This document shows, one piece after another, positions 47,308 to 55,669 of a stretch of 64,000 bases of DNA. The notes under the pieces are model-generated. The model saw only the letters and a list, made by a program, of their open reading frames with translations, searched no databases and was not told where the DNA came from. This DNA is from a virus, in the IMG/VR virus record IMGVR_UViG_3300008952_003529. One strand, written 5' to 3'. The position numbers and the translations under genes were made by a program. Each line of letters opens with the position of its first letter. Within the stretch, counting starts at the first letter, position 1.

Positions 47308-50300
47308 ATGGCAGAACAGACATTTAGATCCCCCGGCTTCTTTGAGCGCGAAATAGATGCGTCAACAAGAAAGACCGAAATAACCGGAGTTCCAGCAGGA
47401 ATTATAGGCACTGCTGAGAAGGGACCAGCATTTGTACCCGTAACTGTGGGTAGTTTTCAAGACTTTGTTAATCGATTTGGAACAATAGATCCTGATCGAT
47501 TTGGACCATACGCGGTTCAAGCATTCTTAAAAAATAGAACTGCTGCAACATACATGCGCGTTTTAGGTGCCGGAGCGAATGAAACAACATCACAGATAAC
47601 GAATACACAAAATTATGGAACAGTTGTTAATGCTGGTCTTGTTTTGTCCGGTAACGTTTCTGCTTCGACTTCTAATGCAAACAATGGCGTTGTACAGTTC
47701 CTATGTGCTCGACATGATGCTGCAGCCTCCGAAGCAGTTGCGATGCCAGAGTTCACTGACAATCCGAGCTTTAATAACGCCGATGCTATGAAAATAGTTC
47801 GGGGTGTTATTTTTAATGCCACAACAGCACGTACACAAGTTATAGACCTGGATGAAACGTGGACGAGCACCGTCGACGATGAGTGCCAAATTGATAGTGG
47901 TGGTCTATTTGCTGTCGTTATTTCATCTTCGCTTGGGACAACTTTTGCGAACCAAGAAGATAATAATGGTACTGTGGTACCGGGTGTCAAGATTGTTTCT
48001 GCATCTTTAGATCCAGCTTCTCCAGCGTACATCTCGAATGTATTGAACACCGACCCCACGAAATTCGTTCAAGAACAGCATCTCCTATATCTTGATTTTG
48101 CCGTTGAAGATGAAATCGCACCAGTTGCGACCTCTGCAGCCGGCGTGGCCCTTCTGTCTGGGTCTGCGAACTTTGGAAAAACTTTACAGTCTGGTGCAGG
48201 GAATGAATTCACAATGCTCTTTGGGCGTTATGACACTCGCTACACAACACCCACAAGTCCCCAGATTATTTCGCAACCATTCGGAGGGACAGAGTATCCT
48301 CTTTTCCGGTTCGAAAGTCTATCTGATGGTGCTTACGGAAATGATAAAGTAAAGATTTCTATAGCAAACCTTCGCGCTAGTACAAACAAGAATTATAGGT
48401 ACGGAACATTCGAGGTCCAGGTTCGACGATTCGACGATACCGACTTAGCCCCCCAGATTCTTGAGAGCTATCCAGAGTGCAATCTAGACCCAAATTCTGA
48501 AAGCTTTATTGGTAGAAAAGTTGGCGACTATAAGACGTGGTATAACTTTGATGCTGAAAATGATGACGAACGTCGAATCATCGTCAGTGGAAAATATCCC
48601 AATCAGTCGGTATACATTCGCACGGTTATAAATGAAGCGGTATATAGAAGTGAGGTTCCTACTGACTCTTTACCTTTCGGCTTTTCTGGTATTCCAGCCC
48701 TCAAGACGTCTGATTCTTTAACTGATAATTCTCTATCACGCCTTGAGTTTGGTGGCGTTCCCTATGGAAACACTGGAAACACACGGTTGTGGGGTGACTG
48801 TAGTGCTGATGGCCTCGTAATGACTGGATCGATTATTCCTCCCCTTCCAATGCGCTTTAAGGTGACCAGAGGTGCTGTATCCACCACCGCATTCATGTCA
48901 GGCTGGCCCGGAGATGATGAAAGAGTGGATGGTCGCTTTTACTGGGGCGTAAAATTTGAAAGATGTCCAAAGGAAGATGACGTTACTAACGCAATCTTGA
49001 ACCAGAATATTTCCTCCGCGCCGAATTCAACCGTAGCTGCATATACTAAGTTCCAGGGAATTTCTAAACTTGATGCTCTAGTATCGGGAAGCGCAGTAGA
49101 TGCTTTCAACGCTAACAAGTTCACCCTTGCAAAGGTCGCCTTGGCTGGGACAGGAAGTGATACAACCGCCGCGACTCTGCTCTCAGAGGTTACGGCTTCC
49201 GCAAAAGAGCACATGCTAGAAGCAGCATACATCAGGAATGGTGTTCCAGATTCTCAGACATATGTTGTAGAAGATCCAGACGGATATGGTAAGCGTATCA
49301 CCTTCGCAACACTAGCACAGTCTTCGTCCATTAAGTTTAATAGATTTACAGCATATCTGAAGTTCACAACACCAATGTACGGTGGCTGGGATGGCTTAAA
49401 CATCTTGGACAAGGACATGTCTTTAATGAACGATAGAGCAACGTCAACAGACGCCTCTGGAGAGACAGGAAAGGCATCATCGGAATTCTCTGCAACAACA
49501 ATTGGGCTTGCAAGTAATCCAGCTGGAGACGGTAGACTCAATAACAATATTTTCGCTTATCGGGAAGCTGCCAGAATTATGACCGATCCTATGACGGTTC
49601 GAAATAATATTCTTTCCATCCCTGGAATAAGAGATTCTTATGTCACGGATTGGGCTGCTGATAGGACGAAGGCATACTCCATGGCTATTTACCTTATGGA
49701 CATCCCATCGTGGTCTGAGAATGCTGGTCGCCTATTTGGTGATGAGAACAGAACTCTTATCAAGAGCTCTTCGGATTCATTCCCAGATGTTCGTGAAACG
49801 GCGGAGCAATTTGAGTCTCGAGCAATCGATAACAACTATTGTGCGACATACTTCCCTGATGTGTATATTACTGACTCAAACAATCAGCAAGCTGTATTGG
49901 TCCCATCGTCAGTTGCCGCCTTGGCAGCGCTTGGGTATAATGACGCAGTCGCTTATCCTTGGTTCGCTCCCGCAGGGTTTAATCGAGGAAGTCTTGGGAT
50001 GGTAACCAATACTGACGCAAGATTGACTGCTAGCGATCGAGATGATTTATACGATGTACGAATCAATCCAATAGCAAACTTCCCGAATGGTGGGTTTGTA
50101 ATATTTGGACAAAAGACAATGCAGCTGTCTCAGTCTGCATTGGATCGTGTTAATGTACGTCGTATGATGCTTGAATTGAAGCGCCAGGTGGTTGCGGTCG
50201 CAAACAAGATTTTGTTTGAGCCAAATAATGCTGCGACGAGAGGACGCTTTATAAATCTAGTGACTCCATTACTAGCCGCGATTCAAGCGCAGCAGGGTAT

Positions 50301-50457
50301 TGAGTCATTCAAAGTTGTCATGGATGACACAAACAATAGCGCGCAAGATGTTGAAAGCAACAAGTTGAATGGTAGGATCGTTGTCGTACCCACAAGGGCG
50401 ATTGAGTTTATTGCGATAGATTTTATCATTACAAACAGTGGCGTAGACTTTGCGTGA
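47308..50457 (+). CDS. gp18: Tail sheath protein 1 (T4 gp18-like), 1049 aa
   Basis: SPGFFEREID, GTAEKGP, WFAPAGFNRG, FGQKT...SALDRVNVRR, FEPN. Confidence 0.93.
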   Translation: MAEQTFRSPGFFEREIDASTRKTEITGVPAGIIGTAEKGPAFVPVTVGSFQDFVNRFGTIDPDRFGPYAVQAFLKNRTAATYMRVLGAGANETTSQITNTQNYGTVVNAGLVLSGNVSASTSNANNGVVQFLCARHDAAASEAVAMPEFTDNPSFNNADAMKIVRGVIFNATTARTQVIDLDETWTSTVDDECQIDSGGLFAVVISSSLGTTFANQEDNNGTVVPGVKIVSASLDPASPAYISNVLNTDPTKFVQEQHLLYLDFAVEDEIAPVATSAAGVALLSGSANFGKTLQSGAGNEFTMLFGRYDTRYTTPTSPQIISQPFGGTEYPLFRFESLSDGAYGNDKVKISIANLRASTNKNYRYGTFEVQVRRFDDTDLAPQILESYPECNLDPNSESFIGRKVGDYKTWYNFDAENDDERRIIVSGKYPNQSVYIRTVINEAVYRSEVPTDSLPFGFSGIPALKTSDSLTDNSLSRLEFGGVPYGNTGNTRLWGDCSADGLVMTGSIIPPLPMRFKVTRGAVSTTAFMSGWPGDDERVDGRFYWGVKFERCPKEDDVTNAILNQNISSAPNSTVAAYTKFQGISKLDALVSGSAVDAFNANKFTLAKVALAGTGSDTTAATLLSEVTASAKEHMLEAAYIRNGVPDSQTYVVEDPDGYGKRITFATLAQSSSIKFNRFTAYLKFTTPMYGGWDGLNILDKDMSLMNDRATSTDASGETGKASSEFSATTIGLASNPAGDGRLNNNIFAYREAARIMTDPMTVRNNILSIPGIRDSYVTDWAADRTKAYSMAIYLMDIPSWSENAGRLFGDENRTLIKSSSDSFPDVRETAEQFESRAIDNNYCATYFPDVYITDSNNQQAVLVPSSVAALAALGYNDAVAYPWFAPAGFNRGSLGMVTNTDARLTASDRDDLYDVRINPIANFPNGGFVIFGQKTMQLSQSALDRVNVRRMMLELKRQVVAVANKILFEPNNAATRGRFINLVTPLLAAIQAQQGIESFKVVMDDTNNSAQDVESNKLNGRIVVVPTRAIEFIAIDFIITNSGVDFA

Positions 50458-50458
50458 T

Positions 50459-50466
50459 ATAGTTAA
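50459..50466 (+). promoter_or_regulatory. Candidate late promoter motif ATAGTTAA
   Basis: Intergenic, 32 nt before ATG 50491. Confidence 0.55.
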
Positions 50467-50490
50467 GAGAGAAACAGGAGATTTTTTGAA

Positions 50491-53400
50491 ATGGCTGAAC
50501 TGACATTTAAGAGCCCCGGGGTTTCTACAAGAGAAATCGATCTATCGGGCCCAACTAAGGCTGCTCCGACCGGAATACCTGCAGGTGTGATTGGAACAGC
50601 CAATCAGGGCCGAGCATTTGTGCCAATAACAATGGCTACGTTTGCAGACTTTGTGGCTGAATTCGGTAATACTGATGGTGAAAAGTTTGGACCTATGGCG
50701 ATGCGTCAATGGTTGAATTACGCCAGAGCCGGTACTTACCTTAGAATTCTAGGAGTAGGAGACGGGAAGAAGAGAAATTCGAACGGAACTGTCACTAATG
50801 CTGGTTTCGTAGTAGGCGCTGAGCAGTGGCGCGCCACTGGCATAGTTGGAGACAATGCGTACGCTGGTTCCACAACTACAAACGGTGGCGTTCTTGGACG
50901 AACTTGGTTCCTCGGCTGCATCATGGAAGAGTCGGGAAGTTCAACTGCATTCTCGTCAGCAGGACTGCAGTCTGTTCAACCCATCCTTCGCGGTGTCGTT
51001 ATGGCTCCTTCCGGCGTTGTACCGGCATTGAGCGCTTCAAGAAGTGCTATTTCCAACAACACTCCATTAGGTGCCCCTGGTGCAAATGATTACGCAGCTG
51101 CAGGAACGTTCGGCGCGGGCGCTACACAAGATGCCGGTTCCACGGTAGGATCAGTCAATCTCGCTGGTGGCCGTCAGGAATTTGTATTATTACTAAATGG
51201 TCATAGCCACACCGATGAGTATCCAACCATTATCACTGCTTCGTTTGATCCCAAGGCGCCCAATTATCTTTATAACGTTTTAAATACTGATTCTACTAAG
51301 ATCCAAAACGCTGGACACTATCTCTATGCGCATTGGGGGATCGATCCCGCCATAGCATATGTTACTGGTTCATCGCTGGTGGATGATGACTACGCCGCAA
51401 TAACTGAGGGTGGAACCGTTAAGACTGAGGATGTTGCATTCTTACTCACATCATCCATTAGCAGAAACAATAATGGTGACGCCAGTGTACCAAACTTTGA
51501 AGGGTTCGTTGACAGATTTCGTACAGCTTACTCTCCATACATTATCTCCCAGGCATACGGGGGAGTGAATTACAACTTATTTAGGATTCACGCTCTTGAC
51601 GATGGCGCGATTGGAAATACCAGGGTTAAGATCTCGGTCGAAAATATTACAAAGTCGACGAATACAAACAATCCGTATTCAGCGTTTGATTTACTGGTTA
51701 GAGACTTTAATGATACAGATTCTGAGCCGATTGTGATAGAAAAGTTCTCTAAGCTTTCATTAGACCCGGGTTCAGAAAGATATATCGCAAGACAAGTTGG
51801 AAATTACCACCTCTATTATGATTTTGATAAGCGCGTAGGTTCTCAAAAGCTTGTACTTGATGGTGCATATCCCAACAAGTCTAACTACATTAGAGTAGAG
51901 ACAAATAAGCTTCTGGATAACGCACAGCTTCCTGCGGATGTTTTACCCGTTGGTTTCCGTGGTCCAGCGCACCTCATTACATCAGGGTCCTCGATTTTCT
52001 CTGTTGCTGATAGCGCAGTAACGGACGTGATGGCCGGTGAAGTTGCATCTCAGCTCGTACAGCTACCCATTCCATATCGCTTAATGGTTTCTAAGAATAA
52101 GACTCCGAAAAAGTCGCTCGCCCCTGAGCTATATTGGGGTGTCCAGTTCTCGATTCAAGATAGCGTGGATGAGCCAAACCGGAACATTCAAACGAACAAC
52201 TCGATTGCATCCTATAGCACGTACTTTAACACATATTCGCAGAACGGTCAAGCAGCAGTCGTTGGTAATAACCAGGGTGTTGCTGATGCAAGCGGAACGA
52301 TTTTAGATTGTGATAAGTTCAATAACAACAAGTTCTCTCTTGAGAATATCCAAGTTGTTGTAACCACCGACACCACCCCTCGAGCAGATTCATCGCAATG
52401 GGCAGCAGCACAGTATATGCGGTCCGGTATCGCATCGGCGAGTATTCCTGATATTGATGGAACCGCTAGAACATCTGGTGATTCGGGTGGGTCTAGACTA
52501 CTTAGTGTAGCAACAGACTTTGGTTTGACGTCGACAAGAAGGTTCCTGAAGTTCACCACTATCGTGCAGAATGGGTTTGACGGGTCTAATATCTTTAACA
52601 AGGAAAAGCTAGCATTCTCAAACATTGCTGTAACGAAAGAAATGGCTGATGTCACCGCACAAGGCGGAGTAACTGGTCAGGTTACCGCTGCTTATCGAAA
52701 AGCAATGGATGTCTTAAAGGAACGCTCAGATGTGGATATTCAGTTGTTGGCTATTCCAGGTCAGAGAAATTCCGCCGTCACTGATTATTGTATGCAAGCT
52801 GTTGAAGAACGGTTTGATGCCATGTATATTATGGACCTCGAGGGGAAAGACACCTACAACGAGGTAATATCTGGTTCATCTCAGCTGGCGAGTGTTACAA
52901 ACACTGCGAATTCTTTTGCAGGGCGAAATTTGGATAACTCTTTCGCTGCTGCGTACTTCCCTGATGTGATTATGACTGATGTGGGTACTTCTACTAACGT
53001 ACAGGTTCCACCCAGCGTTGCGGTCCTCGGCGCGTTTGCACTAAACGATTCAGTCGCTTATCCCTGGTTTGCACCAGCAGGATTCACTCGAGGTGCATTG
53101 AAGAATGTTCTTGAAACACAAGTGAAGTTGAGCCGCTCAAACCTTGATGCTCTTTATGATGTAGACATTAACCCAATAACAGCATTCCCACAAACGAAGG
53201 GTGAGGTTGTGGTATTTGGCCAAAAGACTCTCCTCGCAGCACAGTCTGCGCTCGATAGAGTCAATGTAAGACGGCTTCTAATCGATGTTAGGCGCCAGGT
53301 TCGAGCGATTGGTGATACATTCCTCTTCGAGCCCAATAGGGAGTCAACGTTGGCGAGGTTCTCGGCTGCTGTTAATCCAGTTCTGGCCAGAATTCAAGCA

Positions 53401-53565
53401 CAGCAAGGTCTAGACCGATTCAAGGTACAGATCGACACTACCACAACGACGCAAGCCGATGTGGAAAATAACATTGTCAGAGGTAAGATTTTCCTCCAGC
53501 CGACAAGGTCCGTAGAGTTTATATCTCTTGATTTTGTCGTAACCAACGCTGGAACCGAAATTTAA
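50491..53565 (+). CDS. gp18: Tail sheath protein 2 (T4 gp18-like), 1024 aa
   Basis: SPGVSTREID, GTANQG, WFAPAGFTRG, FGQKT...SALDRVNVRR, FEPN. Confidence 0.93.
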   Translation: MAELTFKSPGVSTREIDLSGPTKAAPTGIPAGVIGTANQGRAFVPITMATFADFVAEFGNTDGEKFGPMAMRQWLNYARAGTYLRILGVGDGKKRNSNGTVTNAGFVVGAEQWRATGIVGDNAYAGSTTTNGGVLGRTWFLGCIMEESGSSTAFSSAGLQSVQPILRGVVMAPSGVVPALSASRSAISNNTPLGAPGANDYAAAGTFGAGATQDAGSTVGSVNLAGGRQEFVLLLNGHSHTDEYPTIITASFDPKAPNYLYNVLNTDSTKIQNAGHYLYAHWGIDPAIAYVTGSSLVDDDYAAITEGGTVKTEDVAFLLTSSISRNNNGDASVPNFEGFVDRFRTAYSPYIISQAYGGVNYNLFRIHALDDGAIGNTRVKISVENITKSTNTNNPYSAFDLLVRDFNDTDSEPIVIEKFSKLSLDPGSERYIARQVGNYHLYYDFDKRVGSQKLVLDGAYPNKSNYIRVETNKLLDNAQLPADVLPVGFRGPAHLITSGSSIFSVADSAVTDVMAGEVASQLVQLPIPYRLMVSKNKTPKKSLAPELYWGVQFSIQDSVDEPNRNIQTNNSIASYSTYFNTYSQNGQAAVVGNNQGVADASGTILDCDKFNNNKFSLENIQVVVTTDTTPRADSSQWAAAQYMRSGIASASIPDIDGTARTSGDSGGSRLLSVATDFGLTSTRRFLKFTTIVQNGFDGSNIFNKEKLAFSNIAVTKEMADVTAQGGVTGQVTAAYRKAMDVLKERSDVDIQLLAIPGQRNSAVTDYCMQAVEERFDAMYIMDLEGKDTYNEVISGSSQLASVTNTANSFAGRNLDNSFAAAYFPDVIMTDVGTSTNVQVPPSVAVLGAFALNDSVAYPWFAPAGFTRGALKNVLETQVKLSRSNLDALYDVDINPITAFPQTKGEVVVFGQKTLLAAQSALDRVNVRRLLIDVRRQVRAIGDTFLFEPNRESTLARFSAAVNPVLARIQAQQGLDRFKVQIDTTTTTQADVENNIVRGKIFLQPTRSVEFISLDFVVTNAGTEI

Positions 53566-53577
53566 TCTTGCTGATGT

Positions 53578-53585
53578 ATATTTAA
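53578..53585 (+). promoter_or_regulatory. Candidate late promoter motif ATATTTAA
   Basis: Intergenic, 29 nt before ATG 53607; SD AGGAGA follows. Confidence 0.55.
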
Positions 53586-53606
53586 GCACGTATAGGAGAA
53601 AACAAA

Positions 53607-54095
53607 ATGGCAGAGACTCTTTCAGTTACCGACATGTTGCCGAACAAATTTGAGCCCAAAAGAAAATTTAGGTGGGTGTTCGCGATTGAAGGTATTGATG
53701 CATTCCTTATTAAGACGGCGGCTCGTCCGACAATGAACACCGGTGAGATTGAGATTAATTTCATGAACTCTTCTCGGTGGATTGCTGGTAAGACGAAGTT
53801 CGATGCGATCTCAGTTACCCTTCACGATCCAATTGCTCCCTCAGGTGCGCAGCAGGTTATGGAATGGGTACGCACACACTACGAGTCGGTTTCAGGCCGG
53901 GGCGGTTACGCGGATTTTTATAAGCGTGATTGTCAGCTCAAGATGCTGGACCCAGTAGGGACAGTAGTCGAGCTTTGGGACATCAAAGGATGTTTCCTCA
54001 CCTCAGCCGGATTTGGTGACTTGGATTATGGTGCGGAAGATCCGGAAGAAATTTCGTTGACCCTACGTTTCGATAACGCAGTCCTTCAATACTAA
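53607..54095 (+). CDS. gp19: Tail tube protein (T4 gp19-like)
   Basis: 162 aa; FEPKRKFRW; YKRD..L.MLDP.G.VVE.W.IKG.F.T...FG.LDY; follows the sheaths. Confidence 0.88.
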   Translation: MAETLSVTDMLPNKFEPKRKFRWVFAIEGIDAFLIKTAARPTMNTGEIEINFMNSSRWIAGKTKFDAISVTLHDPIAPSGAQQVMEWVRTHYESVSGRGGYADFYKRDCQLKMLDPVGTVVELWDIKGCFLTSAGFGDLDYGAEDPEEISLTLRFDNAVLQY

Positions 54096-54155
54096 TTTAA
54101 ACCCTTTCCACAGTCTAGATTTGTCGGTGACAGATTGTTGGATAATTTAAGATGG

Positions 54156-54184
54156 AAACGCCCCACTAAGTTGGGGCGTTTTTT
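54156..54184 (+). terminator. Rho-independent terminator
   Basis: AAACGCCCCA-CTAAGT-TGGGGCGTTT then T's, after the tube gene. Confidence 0.88.
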
Positions 54185-54185
54185 A

Positions 54186-54213
54186 TTTACACATTTTTTG
54201 ATAGCTATATGAT
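54186..54213 (+). promoter_or_regulatory. Sigma70-like promoter TTTACA-N16-TATGAT
   Basis: Begins 2 nt after the terminator T-tract. A one-mismatch late motif (ATAGCTAT, 54201-54208) overlaps it, so the class is ambiguous. Confidence 0.45.
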
Positions 54214-54253
54214 TTACTGAGTATTAGTACTGTACTACAGATGAGGTTTATTA

Positions 54254-55102
54254 ATGTCAAAGAAAAAAGAGAGTTCGGATAGAAGCGAATTATTCGGCGG
54301 TATGAAAGAGAATATGCCTACCCGTAACGTCATGAAGGACGATTTTGGGTTTGAGATTCCTGTTGAAAATGTTCCACTTCCGTCCATGGGAAAAGTTTAT
54401 CCCGAAGATTCTGCATGTCACAATAAAGAGACTTTAGAAATTAGAGCCATGACCGCTCGTGAGGAAGACATTCTTACTTCAAAGGCGCTTATTAAGAAAG
54501 GCACAGTTATCTCACACCTCTTAAAGTCGTGTATGATTGATAAATCGATTGATCCCGAGTCGATGTTGGCCGGTGATAGAAATGCTATCATGGTTGCATT
54601 ACGAGTTACAGGTTACGGTGCAGACTATAAGGTAGAAGTAGATTGTCCAGCCTGCAGCCAGCGCTCGAAACAAAACTTTAACTTAGGAGAGCTAGAGATT
54701 AATCGACTTGGAATTGAGCCTGTTTCTCACGGCGTAAATCTTTTTGAGTTCGAAATGCCTGTCACAAAGGCAAAGGTTAGGTTTAAGTTCCTAACCGGTA
54801 AAGATGAGCAAGAGATTATGGTTACGACAGAGCGGCGAAAGAAGCAAGGTTCGCAATCAGAGAATCTAATTACATCACGTCTACGCTACTCAATTGTGTC
54901 AGTCAACGGAGTGACGGACAAATCTAAGCTTGACTTGTTTATTCGTAATCTTCCTGCACGTGATTCTTTGGCATTTAGGAATCATCTAGACAAGAACGAA
55001 CCAGGTATTCAGATGAAGGCCTGGATGGATTGTAATTCATGTTTAGAGCACTCGGAGGTTAGACTGCCCCTGGGGGCGGCGTTTTTTTGGCCTGACGAGT
55101 AG
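54254..55102 (+). CDS. Tail assembly chaperone / hub assembly protein (T4 gp26-like)
   Basis: LPS.G.VYP, MTAREEDIL, GDR.AI...LR..GYG..Y...V.CPAC, second CxxC near the C-terminus; between tube and tape measure; ends FFWPDE. Confidence 0.8.
   Translation: MSKKKESSDRSELFGGMKENMPTRNVMKDDFGFEIPVENVPLPSMGKVYPEDSACHNKETLEIRAMTAREEDILTSKALIKKGTVISHLLKSCMIDKSIDPESMLAGDRNAIMVALRVTGYGADYKVEVDCPACSQRSKQNFNLGELEINRLGIEPVSHGVNLFEFEMPVTKAKVRFKFLTGKDEQEIMVTTERRKKQGSQSENLITSRLRYSIVSVNGVTDKSKLDLFIRNLPARDSLAFRNHLDKNEPGIQMKAWMDCNSCLEHSEVRLPLGAAFFWPDE
55082..55088 (+). other. Putative programmed ribosomal frameshift site TTT TTT T
   Basis: T7 run in GCG TTT TTT TGG CCT GAC GAG TAG; the +1 frame is open from 55047 to 55340 with no ATG/GTG/TTG before 55140. 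Confidence 0.7.
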
Positions 55103-55340
55103 TCATAAGGAAACGTTCTTAGAGCATATTTTCGCTCTGATGTATTATATGGGCTTCTCGTACATAGAAGTCTATAACATTCCAATATGGCAACGTATAT
55201 GGTTTATTCAACGCTTGAACAAAGAGCTGAAGAAATCTCAAGGTGATTCCAGGGCTGCCCATGCAAATTCCGCTGATGCCCGAGCATTAGCAGGTAAACA
55301 CAGGGCACAAGTACCGTCAAAATTACGTAGATTCACATAA
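55083..55340 (+). CDS. +1-frame extension of the chaperone (lambda gpT-like segment)
   Basis: Reads FFGLTSSHKETFLEHIFALMYYMGFSYIEVYNIPIWQRIWFIQRL...; the track ORF 55140..55340 is its 3' part and has no SD. Confidence 0.65.
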   Translation, partial: FFGLTSSHKETFLEHIFALMYYMGFSYIEVYNIPIWQRIWFIQRLNKELKKSQGDSRAAHANSADARALAGKHRAQVPSKLRRFT

Positions 55341-55344
55341 TTAA
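55337..55344 (+). promoter_or_regulatory. Candidate late promoter motif ATAATTAA
   Basis: Overlaps TAA 55338-55340; 23 nt before ATG 55360. Confidence 0.45.
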
Positions 55345-55359
55345 AACGTGAGGTACCCC

Positions 55360-55611
55360 ATGAAAGATAATAAGAAAGAATTTTTACGGGATTGTGCGAG
55401 GTATATTCGTGGCGAAGTGAGTGAAATTTCCTTACGGGGTGATAAGGGTGACTGTGTTCTATTCGCGAATGCTCTAAAAGAATCTCGTAATTTATACGAA
55501 AAGTTAAATGAGGAAAATCCCTCGATCTCTAATGTGATGGGCGCTTTGAAAAGAAAGCACAAGGCGTCAAAGAAATTGAGGATGGGTGCTGGGTTTACGT
55601 GGCCCTTCTAG
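55360..55611 (+). CDS. Small basic hypothetical protein (83 aa)
   Basis: ATG 55360 with SD GAGG preferred over the track's GTG 55348. Confidence 0.65.
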   Translation: MKDNKKEFLRDCARYIRGEVSEISLRGDKGDCVLFANALKESRNLYEKLNEENPSISNVMGALKRKHKASKKLRMGAGFTWPF

Positions 55612-55640
55612 CTTAAACGATGCGCAGATTTTTAACTGCC

Positions 55641-55648
55641 ATATTTAA
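55641..55648 (+). promoter_or_regulatory. Candidate late promoter motif ATATTTAA
   Basis: Intergenic, 29 nt before GTG 55670. Confidence 0.55.
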
Positions 55649-55669
55649 TGAAGTAAGGGTGGTAAAAGC

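Noticed and set aside
55066-55088. GCCC-CTGG-GGGC hairpin followed by T7 could be a terminator.
   Set aside because: Only a 4-bp stem, separated from the T-run by 4 nt and inside a CDS; better explained as the frameshift site.
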